Part shown: positions 49,964 through 57,547 of the stretch, in pieces
Layout of the letters: every line of letters begins with the position of its first letter
Position numbering within the stretch: the first letter of the stretch is position 1
Source: Patescibacteria group bacterium
GTDB lineage: Bacteria; Patescibacteriota; Microgenomatia; Levybacterales; UBA12049
Direction: 5' to 3'
Assembly: GCA_023484045.1 (NCBI GenBank)
Contig: JAMDAA010000022.1
Location: 4,201 to 68,200, forward strand
Length of the DNA: 64,000 nt
Made by a program: the position numbers and the translations under genes
The notes under the pieces: model-generated
The model's database searches: none
Told to the model about the DNA's origin: nothing
What the model saw: only the letters and a program-made list of their open reading frames with translations

Positions 49964-50314
49964 TTATTTTGTTGCTGTGGGTGCCGGATTTGTTGCGGTT
50001 GTTGGTTCAGAGATCGTTTTAGCGACTACTCCGACATTAAACATTTGAGGAAATCTTAATCTGTAAAGGCTCTCCAGAAAATCGGTTCCGGCATAACCTG
50101 CAAGTAAAGATATTCGCCAATCACCATCAGCAATTAATCCTGAAACCACGCCAACAATACCGGAAACCAACATTGTTACCCCAAAATATTGCCAGTGAAT
50201 CTTAAACTCATCAGGGTTTTGAGTTTGTTTTAGTATTCCTACTAATCCGCGAACTAATCCTCCGGCCAGTCCAGTTACTAAATGATAAATTTGAAATTCA
50301 AGTTGTAATTGCAT
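49964..50314 (-). CDS. small two-TM membrane protein (holin-like)
   Basis: 116 aa. Two TM helices and a charged C-terminal tail. Inside the element, near the M23 peptidase. Confidence 0.35.
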   Translation of the reverse strand: MQLQLEFQIYHLVTGLAGGLVRGLVGILKQTQNPDEFKIHWQYFGVTMLVSGIVGVVSGLIADGDWRISLLAGYAGTDFLESLYRLRFPQMFNVGVVAKTISEPTTATNPAPTATK

Positions 50315-50628
50315 TAAGTTTTAGTCACCTCCTTAGATTTTTGTGCTTTTGTACTATTCTGCAAGAGTGCAAACCCACCTTTGCCAAACTTTATTACTTG
50401 ACCAATTTTTGAAATAGTTGAAGTGCTAACTGGAATTTCAGCGGCAATTTCTTCGTATGTTTTGCCTTCCAAAATTAGCTTTGCTATTTTTAGCCTTTGG
50501 GCAAAATCAAGTGTTTTCTCCGGTGAAAACAAGTCTTCGATAAAGATAGTTAAATTCTTTTTGGTTTTGATTTTGAAAAAAGAATTAATAACCAATTGAG
50601 TATCTTTGTTTAGATTTATTTTGTCCAT
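50314..50628 (-). CDS. TrpR-like (YerC/YecD family) DNA-binding protein
   Basis: 104 aa. RLKIAKLILEGKTYEEIAAEIPVSTSTISKIGQVIKFG matches the Trp-repressor-like HTH family. Confidence 0.6.
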   Translation of the reverse strand: MDKINLNKDTQLVINSFFKIKTKKNLTIFIEDLFSPEKTLDFAQRLKIAKLILEGKTYEEIAAEIPVSTSTISKIGQVIKFGKGGFALLQNSTKAQKSKEVTKT

Positions 50629-50629
50629 A

Positions 50630-53542
50630 TTAAACCTTCTTTTTCGCTTTAATTAATAAAACAACTGTAATAAGAATGATAAACGCCATTATTCCGATGA
50701 CTGATATTACTTGTGGATTAAGAAAAGCGTTTGTTTGCTTAACTTGAATGTTTAAATCAAATTCTTTGACATCTCCAGTTAGGTTTACTGTTTGTTCTCC
50801 TTGATAGTTAGCATAAGCAATGTTTATTTTATGTTGACCAGATTCCACATTAGAAAACTGAGCAATTCCGTTTTTATCGGTTGTGGTTTCTTGAACTTTT
50901 GAATGAATAGTAACTTTTGCACCTGGAACAGGTCTGTTTGTCGTATCCACAACCTTAATTTTGACTGTATAGCCATTTTGTTTAACAGCTTGTTTTTCTT
51001 CTTCTGTTTGAGCTGGAACAGTTTTTTGTTCGGTGATCTTAGTTTCTAAATTTCCATTGAATAGACTCTGTAGTGGAGCTGGCAAGTTGTTGTTTATTGA
51101 AAGATAAAATACAGGTTGAGTATATGTGTTTCCTGCACTATCCTTTAGTGCAATTGTACTTTGGTAATGCCCGTCAATTAACGGGAATGGAACAGTAATA
51201 TAAAATCTGGATGACTTTTTGTCGTTTGAACTGTCTTGAATGTTGGACAAAGAATAATCTTGGGTTAAATAGTCAGCATAAGTTTTATCGTCTTTTTGTC
51301 TTTTTAATGTCAGCGTAAGTGTTTGTGGTCCAGACGAAACTTTATCAAAAGTATCGGTCGAATTATTACTATTTGTCTTTATTGAACCCTGATAACTGTC
51401 GACTGCTAATCCTGAGAATGAAGGTGTTCGATTTAAAATACTTATGTTGTAAATTCCTCCGGAATTCACTATCGATACATTTGCAACGGCTAACTCTGAA
51501 ATAGCAGGTGAAGTTTTGTCAATATAAAAATCGGCAGATTGAGAAGTTGAATTAGATTGAGCATCATAAGTAGTAACTGTCCAAGTATGTTTTCCCTCAG
51601 TCAGTTCGGTATTGTTTAAATCTTTAAAGTAAACATGAATTTCGTCGTTTGAACTATCACTATCATTTTCGTTTATGAACTCGATTTTTACAGAGTTGTC
51701 ATCTTTCCATACATAATCGGCTGATCCATTTCCTGAAGTTGGAATACCAGAAGTTGAAAGGCTACGGTTCTTTCCTGAATCTAACGATACAGAATATGAG
51801 GATAAACCACTTCCAGAATCAGAAGACTTTTTGAAAACTAAAGTGGGTTTTGTATCTTCTTTGCTAAAACCCGTTGGAGAAGATAGGGATCCAGCCGTGG
51901 GTGCAGTTGTATCAACTCTAAAATCTGGACTGCCTCCCATGGAAACCCACGATCCGTTACCTGCTGAATTATTAATCCTTGCCTGCCAATGATAGGAAGT
52001 TCCGCTTGTTAACCCGGTAACTGTTACGCTTCCGGTTACGGCTGTTCCCGTAAAAGCGACGGCACTCCCCGTATTTGTGACTGAATTAGTGAAAGCGGTT
52101 CCGTTTGGCTGTATCTCTATTTGAGGAGTAAGGGAATCAGAAGAATTACTTGATGACATGTTAAACTTTAAAATAATTGTTCCTTCGTTTGTATATGCTC
52201 CTGAGGAAATTGCTGTTGTTCCATCTGTTTTATATTGAGCCAATGCGGAAGGTGCCGAGGGCAATATAAACTCATAGACTCCATCATCAGGGGCAGAACC
52301 CTGTGGAACTATTGTTCCGGCAAAATCTGAAGTAAGACTTAAATCCGTACCAGCATTAATTGCCGGGCTAGAAGATGTTAAATGAAAATCTGAACTACTT
52401 CTATTCAAAAATGAAGGTTCTACAAAAGTGCTATGACTATCCCATCCTGTATCTGTTTTCCAGGTTGCGAAATCAACAAATGCGTTATTATATCTAAATT
52501 GACCCTGTGCTGAACCATCTGTGTAGTAAATATTGTAATCAACATCGTTATCGCTCGCTGTATTATTGAGGTCGTCGCTAGCCCTAGTATTATACGCAAA
52601 GACATTATTTCGGATTACTACTCCACTAACAGTGGTTATTGTACTTCCTGGGCCAAATACAAACCCGTGCATATTACCATAACTGGTATTGTTATAAATA
52701 TATGAAACCCCATTCGCTCTTAAATGTTCTTCTACCCATACTCCATTCCAACCCGCTCCATAAGTTATGTTGTACCGAAAAATAAAACCGTTAGAGTTTA
52801 CGTCAAAATGAGCATTGCTCTTATAACCATTGTAAAAAGTGTTCTTTTCAACTAAGGCGTTGATTGTATCTCCCGTATATAAGTTATCACTCCAATCAAG
52901 AAAACCTTGGTTATCATTTAGAGTACTTCCTGTAATTATTGGAGCTGACAAATGGTTAAGCCAAACTCCGATTTGACCAATACTTGTATGATCTAGACCG
53001 TTGTTATAAACATGACTGCCATCTAAGCGAAAACCAGTTGATCGATAACTTGAGCTTTGACCTTCGATTCTAAGTCCAAAAACACCGTTATGATCAATAT
53101 CTGACGAATAAATTTTAAAGTTACTTATTGGGGTAAAATTAGTTGCGTAACTCATCCAAACTCCAGTGTAGTAGTTATTAGTGATCTTCATATTCTGAAG
53201 AGTTATATTTGAAGGTGTGTTCCAGGTTGGTTTTAATCCAAAACCTCTGCCGTACTGTCCGCCTGCTCCGTCAATTTGAAGTCCGTTAAAGGTTATATTA
53301 GATCTGTCATCACAAGATACAACATCATATCTGGCTCCAATTTCCATAGTGTGTGTTGAAGGATTTGCCCCGTCAGAAGCCCAGTAATACACAATATGAG
53401 CAGTGCTGTCATAGTAAAACATTTTTGCGCCTGTTATTGCCGCCAAACTTCCCACAGGTGTAGCCATTACGTTGTCTTCCAGAAGAAGATAAATACCAAT
53501 AGATGCCGTGTAGCTTGCTTTATAAATATTGCCACTTTGCAA
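50630..53542 (-). CDS. about 1000-aa surface protein: right-handed beta-helix (pectate-lyase-like) repeats, Ig/fibronectin-like and carboxypeptidase-regulatory-like domains, C-terminal TM anchor
   Basis: 970-aa ORF from a TTG. N-, S- and G-rich beta-helix repeats (NNVFAYN.., NNTSYGN.., VIRNNVF). C-terminal VISVIGIMAFIILITVVLLIKAKKKV. The true N-terminus with the signal peptide lies upstream in other frames (see 53467-53938). Confidence 0.7.
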   Translation of the reverse strand: MQSGNIYKASYTASIGIYLLLEDNVMATPVGSLAAITGAKMFYYDSTAHIVYYWASDGANPSTHTMEIGARYDVVSCDDRSNITFNGLQIDGAGGQYGRGFGLKPTWNTPSNITLQNMKITNNYYTGVWMSYATNFTPISNFKIYSSDIDHNGVFGLRIEGQSSSYRSTGFRLDGSHVYNNGLDHTSIGQIGVWLNHLSAPIITGSTLNDNQGFLDWSDNLYTGDTINALVEKNTFYNGYKSNAHFDVNSNGFIFRYNITYGAGWNGVWVEEHLRANGVSYIYNNTSYGNMHGFVFGPGSTITTVSGVVIRNNVFAYNTRASDDLNNTASDNDVDYNIYYTDGSAQGQFRYNNAFVDFATWKTDTGWDSHSTFVEPSFLNRSSSDFHLTSSSPAINAGTDLSLTSDFAGTIVPQGSAPDDGVYEFILPSAPSALAQYKTDGTTAISSGAYTNEGTIILKFNMSSSNSSDSLTPQIEIQPNGTAFTNSVTNTGSAVAFTGTAVTGSVTVTGLTSGTSYHWQARINNSAGNGSWVSMGGSPDFRVDTTAPTAGSLSSPTGFSKEDTKPTLVFKKSSDSGSGLSSYSVSLDSGKNRSLSTSGIPTSGNGSADYVWKDDNSVKIEFINENDSDSSNDEIHVYFKDLNNTELTEGKHTWTVTTYDAQSNSTSQSADFYIDKTSPAISELAVANVSIVNSGGIYNISILNRTPSFSGLAVDSYQGSIKTNSNNSTDTFDKVSSGPQTLTLTLKRQKDDKTYADYLTQDYSLSNIQDSSNDKKSSRFYITVPFPLIDGHYQSTIALKDSAGNTYTQPVFYLSINNNLPAPLQSLFNGNLETKITEQKTVPAQTEEEKQAVKQNGYTVKIKVVDTTNRPVPGAKVTIHSKVQETTTDKNGIAQFSNVESGQHKINIAYANYQGEQTVNLTGDVKEFDLNIQVKQTNAFLNPQVISVIGIMAFIILITVVLLIKAKKKV

Positions 53543-53938
53543 ACTCCAACCAGTAACAAGATCGGTCCCTGTGATACGGGTTTGGAAGCTGATGCACCGT
53601 AAGAGTTGTAGGTAATGGGGTTACCTGTGGAACCACCAGTATTTACATACCAAGTTTCTCTCCAAACATCACCTTTCTTTAGTGATACTTGATCTCCAGC
53701 AACAAAACCAAACCCAGCCAGTTTAGCCATCGTTTTAAATGGTCCTGTGCTTCCAGTTGTGTGAGTCTGTTCAAGCCCGTCATAAGAATCATACCCATCA
53801 GTTTGACTAACGTAATAAGTTGCAGCAAAAGCTTTAGTATTTACAACGAAGAATAATGAAACGAATACTAATAGAGAACAAAAAGTTTTTAGGAGAAAAT
53901 TTAGCCGCGGCCTTTTACTCTCTCTCTCTCTCTCTCAT
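53467..53938 (-). other. out-of-frame 5' part of the surface-protein gene: ATG, (GA)9, signal peptide, first beta-helix turns
   Basis: ATG at 53938-53936 is followed by (AG)9 and then an in-frame TAA. The +1 frame encodes SKRPRLNFLLKTFCSLLVFVSLFFVVNTKAFAATYYVSQTDG... continuing into the 87-aa ORF at 53467-53730. A second shift of -1 near 53560-53600 joins this to the 970-aa frame. Confidence 0.55.
53918..53935. repeat. (TC/GA)9 dinucleotide tract at codons 2-7 of the surface-protein gene
   Basis: ctctctctctctctctct on the plus strand. With 9 units the ATG frame stops immediately. With 10 units the ATG would be in frame with the signal peptide. Confidence 0.9.
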
Positions 53939-54120
53939 TTTTGATCCCGAAGTTGGGAGCAATTTGTTTAAACATAACATATTAGATGTGTGAAATTATA
54001 TTTCCCCTACTATTACTATTAAATATAGAAACAATTTCTAGCAAATGCAATAGATAGTTAAGCTTAAAACGTGCCTATTTTTGCTATTGTTTTCTTTTTC
54101 TGTTTTTTGTATATTAAAAA

Positions 54121-54209
54121 TGGACTCAGTTTTGACGGATTGTGTTTTTTAATGGCGCAATCGGACAGATAGGACACAATCCTAACTGAGTCCACCGGTT
54201 GCGCCATTT
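54121..54209. repeat. interleaved inverted repeats, potentially an H-type pseudoknot
   Basis: X TGGACTCAGTT (54121-31) pairs with AACTGAGTCCA (54185-95). Z GGATTGTG (54137-44) pairs with CACAATCC (54175-82). Y TAATGGCGCAA (54150-60) pairs with TTGCGCCATTA (54199-209). The order is X Z Y Z' X' Y'. Confidence 0.5.
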
Positions 54210-54284
54210 AAGTATTAAAAACTATAGGGAAAAAGTTCTTTAAAATTTTTGCGTTTTTTCTTTAGGATTCGAGCTGACAGTTTT

Positions 54285-54423
54285 CGGAGGCGCGGCGGGT
54301 GGAGGCGCCGCGCCGAAAGCGAAATAGCGACGAAGCGAGGACGGCGAAGCCGGACGAGCGAGGAGCTGACGCAAGACGTAATTAATTTTTAAAATAGGTT
54401 CGAATTTTTTCGTAAACGTTCAC
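54285..54423. repeat. inverted repeat A', partner of 47847-47986
   Basis: Reverse complement of A. Contiguous with B'. Confidence 0.8.
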
Positions 54424-54526
54424 CAGTAAAGAAATTGAAGCAGAAGTGGGGGCAGCGCGAGCCGCGCCCCCAATCGCGGCGAGCGCTGCAAAGGGATATT
54501 TTAACGCTGGCCGGAGTTGCCGGTTA
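54421..54526. repeat. inverted repeat B', perfect partner of 56010-56116
   Basis: tcaccagtaaagaaattgaagcagaagtgggggcagcgcgagccgcgcccccaatcgcggcgagcgctgcaaagggatattttaacgctggccggagttgccggtt equals the reverse complement of 56010-56116. Confidence 0.85.
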
Positions 54527-54614
54527 GAATGAAAGGACAGAAGAAAAAACGCAAAAATTAACAAGGTAGAATTTTAAAGAACTTTTTAAGAGTACAAAAG
54601 TACTAAACTAAAGT

Positions 54615-56009
54615 ATGAATAAATACATAGCATATTGCCGAAAATCAACCGACGAGAAAGACAAACAGGTGTTATCTATTGAAGCGCAAATTGCAGAACT
54701 CAAAGAATTTGCTAAACGTGATCATTTAGAAGTTGTTGAATTTATTACCGAAGCCAAAACAGCTAAAATGCCAGGGCGTGAGCAATTTGCGCTAGTCTTA
54801 AAGAAAATTGAAAAAGGAGAAGCCCAAGGCATTATAAGTTGGCACCCAGACCGTTTAGCCAGAAATTCAATAGATGGAGGTAAAGTTATCTATTTATTGG
54901 ATACCGGAAAGTTAATAGATTTGAAATTTCCGTCTTTTTGGTTTGAAAATACTCCCCAAGGAAAATTTATGTTATCCATTGCCTTCGGCCAGTCAAAATA
55001 TTATGTGGATAATTTATCGGAAAATGTAAAGCGTGGTAATCGCCAAAAACTTCGTCGTGGTGAGTGGCCTTCAAAAGCACCATACGGATATATTAATAAT
55101 CCTAAAACCAGAGCCGTTGATGTTGACCCCGAATTATCCAAAGTTGTTAAAAAAGCTTTTCAGCTTTTTTCCGAAGGCAATAAGTCGTTTACGGAAATTT
55201 CAAACTTTATGTTTAAGTTTGGGATGAAGCGGGAAAGTTGTGGGAAACCGATTAAAGTTGATCAAATAAAACGGATGTTATCAAACAAATTTTATGTAGG
55301 AATTTTAAAGTATGCCGATGAATATTATGAAGCTTCCCATAAATGTTTCATCTCCAAACAACTTTTTAATGATGTCCAAAAGCAGGTGGAAAAAATCTTG
55401 CGTCCTAGGCAACACGGCCACGATTTTGCTTTTTCCGGTTTAGCCACTTGTGGAGAGTGCGGCGCCGCAATCACGGCAGAACAACACGTAAAACATTACA
55501 AAAATGGTAAATCCCAAACTTTTATCTATTACCGCTGTACTAAAAAGTTAAAGCCCTGTACACAAAAGTATTTACCAGAAGGTGATTTAGAAGAGCAATT
55601 AAAAAAAGTGGTGGGTGATTGCGGCTTGCACCAGGATTGGGAACCCTATTTTGAAAAATGGATGGCCGAAGATGAGAAAAAAGATCAAGCTAATTCAGAC
55701 ACAGAATTAAGAAGGCTTGGCGAGAACCAAAAGGAAATTGAAACAAAACTTAATCGCTTACTTAATGGTTATTTAGATCAAGTGGTGGAACCGGAAGTTT
55801 ACAAACAAAAGAAAAATGAATTATTTGACGAAAAACTAAAACTTACCGAGCAAATTGCCAAAGTTTCAAAGATTGGTTCGTCTTGGCTCGAACCTATGAG
55901 AGAATTCGTAATTAGCGCCTTGCAGGCGCAAAAAATCGCGCGCGTAAAAAATGAGTGCCATGATTTGGCGATCATGGCAAAAACTGTCGGCTCGAACTAT
56001 TCTTTATTT
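54615..56009 (+). CDS. large serine recombinase (resolvase/invertase catalytic domain plus recombinase and zinc-ribbon-like extension)
   Basis: N-terminus YIAYCRKSTDEKDKQVLSIEAQ with the catalytic Ser in the Y.R.S context. About 465 aa to the start of repeat B. The frame stays open through B and antisense tRNA-Lys to 56276. C-terminal Cys pairs CGECG..CTKK. Confidence 0.8.
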
Positions 56010-56116
56010 AACCGGCAACTCCGGCCAGCGTTAAAATATCCCTTTGCAGCGCTCGCCGCGATTGGGGGCGCGGCTCGCGCTGCCCCCACTTCTGCTTCAA
56101 TTTCTTTACTGGTGAG
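56010..56116. repeat. inverted repeat B (107 bp) abutting and overlapping the tRNA-Lys CCA end
   Basis: Perfect reverse complement of 54421-54526. Contains the strong hairpin GGGGGCGCGgctCGCGCtgCCCCC. Ends in CTGGTGA, shared with the tRNA 3' terminus. Confidence 0.85.
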
Positions 56117-56184
56117 CCGGACAGGATTCGAACCTGTGACCAATTGCTTAAAAGGCAACTGCTCTACCGCTGAGCTACCGGCCC
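56110..56184 (-). tRNA. tRNA-Lys (anticodon TTT) with encoded CCA
   Basis: Acceptor GGGCCGG/CCGGCTC, anticodon stem GTTGC/GCAAT, loop CTTTTAA, T-loop TTCGAAT, 3' ACCA. Confidence 0.85.
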
Positions 56185-56272
56185 GCCCACCACGCAAGCC
56201 GAGCATTGCGAGGCGTTGCGGGCAGGCCCGCTCGCCCCATCTTCACACTCAACTTTTGCAGCTTTTTAAATT

Positions 56273-56524
56273 CTAGTTTTCAAAAATTTTCTTCCAAATC
56301 CAGTTTTAAAATATTTTTCTCTTTTAATCGCCTTTTCTTTATCTAAGCACGCTTCGTAATATATTAGTCTTAAAGGTAATCTGCCTTTTGTTGCTAAGCT
56401 TTTTCTTTTTCTGTGAACTTCTAACCTTTTCTTTAAATCTTCTGTATATCCAGTATAAAGCTTACCGTCTTTTTCACTTTTAAGAACATATGTATAAACA
56501 TTACCTTTTCTCGTGATTATATCA
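56273..56524 (-). pseudogene. GIY-YIG nuclease-family gene (copy 3) lacking a canonical start codon
   Basis: Minus-strand frame encodes ITRKGNVYTYVLKSEKDGKLYTGYTEDLKKRLEVHRK...REKYFKTGFGRKFL with an in-frame TAA immediately upstream and no ATG, GTG or TTG. Not in the ORF track. Lies 88 bp upstream of tRNA-Lys on the same strand. Confidence 0.5.
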
Positions 56525-56538
56525 ATTTATATGTATTA

Positions 56539-56567
56539 TTGACAAGTTCGATCGAGCTAATATAAAC
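56539..56567 (+). promoter_or_regulatory. putative sigma70-type promoter
   Basis: TTGACA, 16 nt, TATAAA about 135 nt upstream of the 56700 ORF. Confidence 0.4.
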
Positions 56568-56650
56568 TAAATCTGTTTTATAAAATTAAATAAGGGGGCA
56601 GAATGTCCCCGAAGCTTGTGCCTAAAACAGGTGTTTATAAAAAAATTAGG

Positions 56651-56678
56651 AGTGAATCATCATTCACTAAAGTTTTTG
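56651..56678 (+). terminator. terminator/attenuator-like hairpin in the 5' leader of the 56700 gene
   Basis: AGTGAAT catc ATTCACT followed by AAAGTTTTTG. Sits between the promoter and the RBS GGGGGTG. Confidence 0.35.
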
Positions 56679-56699
56679 ATGCGTGAAAGGGGGTGAAAA

Positions 56700-57359
56700 A
56701 TGACAGATATTGGACAAACGTTGCTAGCATCTTTAAATAATGGACTAGCTGCGGTCGTAAGCTTTATTCCTAAATTCTTTGCCGGAGTAATAATATTAAT
56801 ACTCGGCTTTGTTGTCGCGTCGATCGTAAAACAAATCGTAATTCAAATAATAAAAGCGCTAAGAGTCGAGGCCTTACTTAAAAAGTACAGTGTTCCGGAG
56901 GGAAAAGAGGAATTTAACTGGGCGAACATTTTAGCCGAAATCGTCCGATGGTTTATAATCATAATATTTTTGATCCCGACGGCTGACGTTTGGGGACTTC
57001 CCCAAATCGTCACGGTTTTAAACACGTTTTTGCTGTATTTGCCAAACGTGTTCGTCGCGGCGATCATCGGTCTTGTCGGTTTTGTGTTTGCGCAGCTTGC
57101 TTACGATATAATGCTCGCATCGACCAAAAGTATTTCGTCAAACACTTCTAAAACTATTGCGTCCTTCACAAAATGGGCGATAACAGTTTTTGTGATTCTG
57201 GCGATTCTAACACAACTTGGGGTCGCAGCAGATTTAGTCAGAATTTTATTCACCGGATTAGTCGCGATGCTTGCGATCGCTGGCGGTATTGCGTTTGGTT
57301 TGGGCGGAAAAGACTCTGCTAAAAGTGTAATCGAAGAAGTACACAAAAAACTTAAATAA
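56700..57359 (+). CDS. membrane protein with TM-helix repeats (MscS-associated conserved TM helix type)
   Basis: 219 aa, 5-6 TM helices, repeated hydrophobic modules. Strong RBS. Confidence 0.45.
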   Translation: MTDIGQTLLASLNNGLAAVVSFIPKFFAGVIILILGFVVASIVKQIVIQIIKALRVEALLKKYSVPEGKEEFNWANILAEIVRWFIIIIFLIPTADVWGLPQIVTVLNTFLLYLPNVFVAAIIGLVGFVFAQLAYDIMLASTKSISSNTSKTIASFTKWAITVFVILAILTQLGVAADLVRILFTGLVAMLAIAGGIAFGLGGKDSAKSVIEEVHKKLK

Positions 57360-57446
57360 ATTGAACGTATTTAGGTTTTAGGATATAATATACGAACGCC
57401 GCGTTCGTCTAGTGGCGGTAATTAGGTTTTTCCCGAGACAATTTTT

Positions 57447-57520
57447 GGCGCGTTCGTCTAGAGGCCTAGGACAGATGGTTTTCATCCATCAAATCGCGGG
57501 TTCGAATCCCGCACGCGCTA
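57447..57520 (+). tRNA. tRNA-Glu (anticodon TTC)
   Basis: Acceptor GGCGCGT/ACGCGCT, anticodon stem GATGG/CCATC, loop TTTTCAT, T-loop TTCGAAT. The upstream 57399-57411 partially duplicates the 5' end (gcgttcgtctag). Confidence 0.85.
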
Positions 57521-57547
57521 CACTTCGGCAGGCTCAGTGCAAGCAAT

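Noticed and set aside
54350-54423. T-loop-like AGGTTCGAAT inside repeat A/A' considered as a tRNA or tRNA-like structure
   Set aside because: No acceptor, D-arm or anticodon arm can be formed around it. More likely an att-site mimic of the tRNA-Lys T-loop.
56010-56276. C-terminal ~90 codons of the 553-aa recombinase ORF treated as definite coding sequence
   Set aside because: This part is encoded by the inverted repeat and antisense tRNA. It cannot be confirmed as translated, so the feature is annotated only to 56009 and the read-through is raised as a finding.
57392-57446. Possible second tRNA upstream of tRNA-Glu
   Set aside because: It contains gcgttcgtctag, shared with the tRNA-Glu 5' end, and a palindrome ACGAACGCCGCGTTCGT. 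It cannot be folded into a cloverleaf. Interpreted as a partial duplication.
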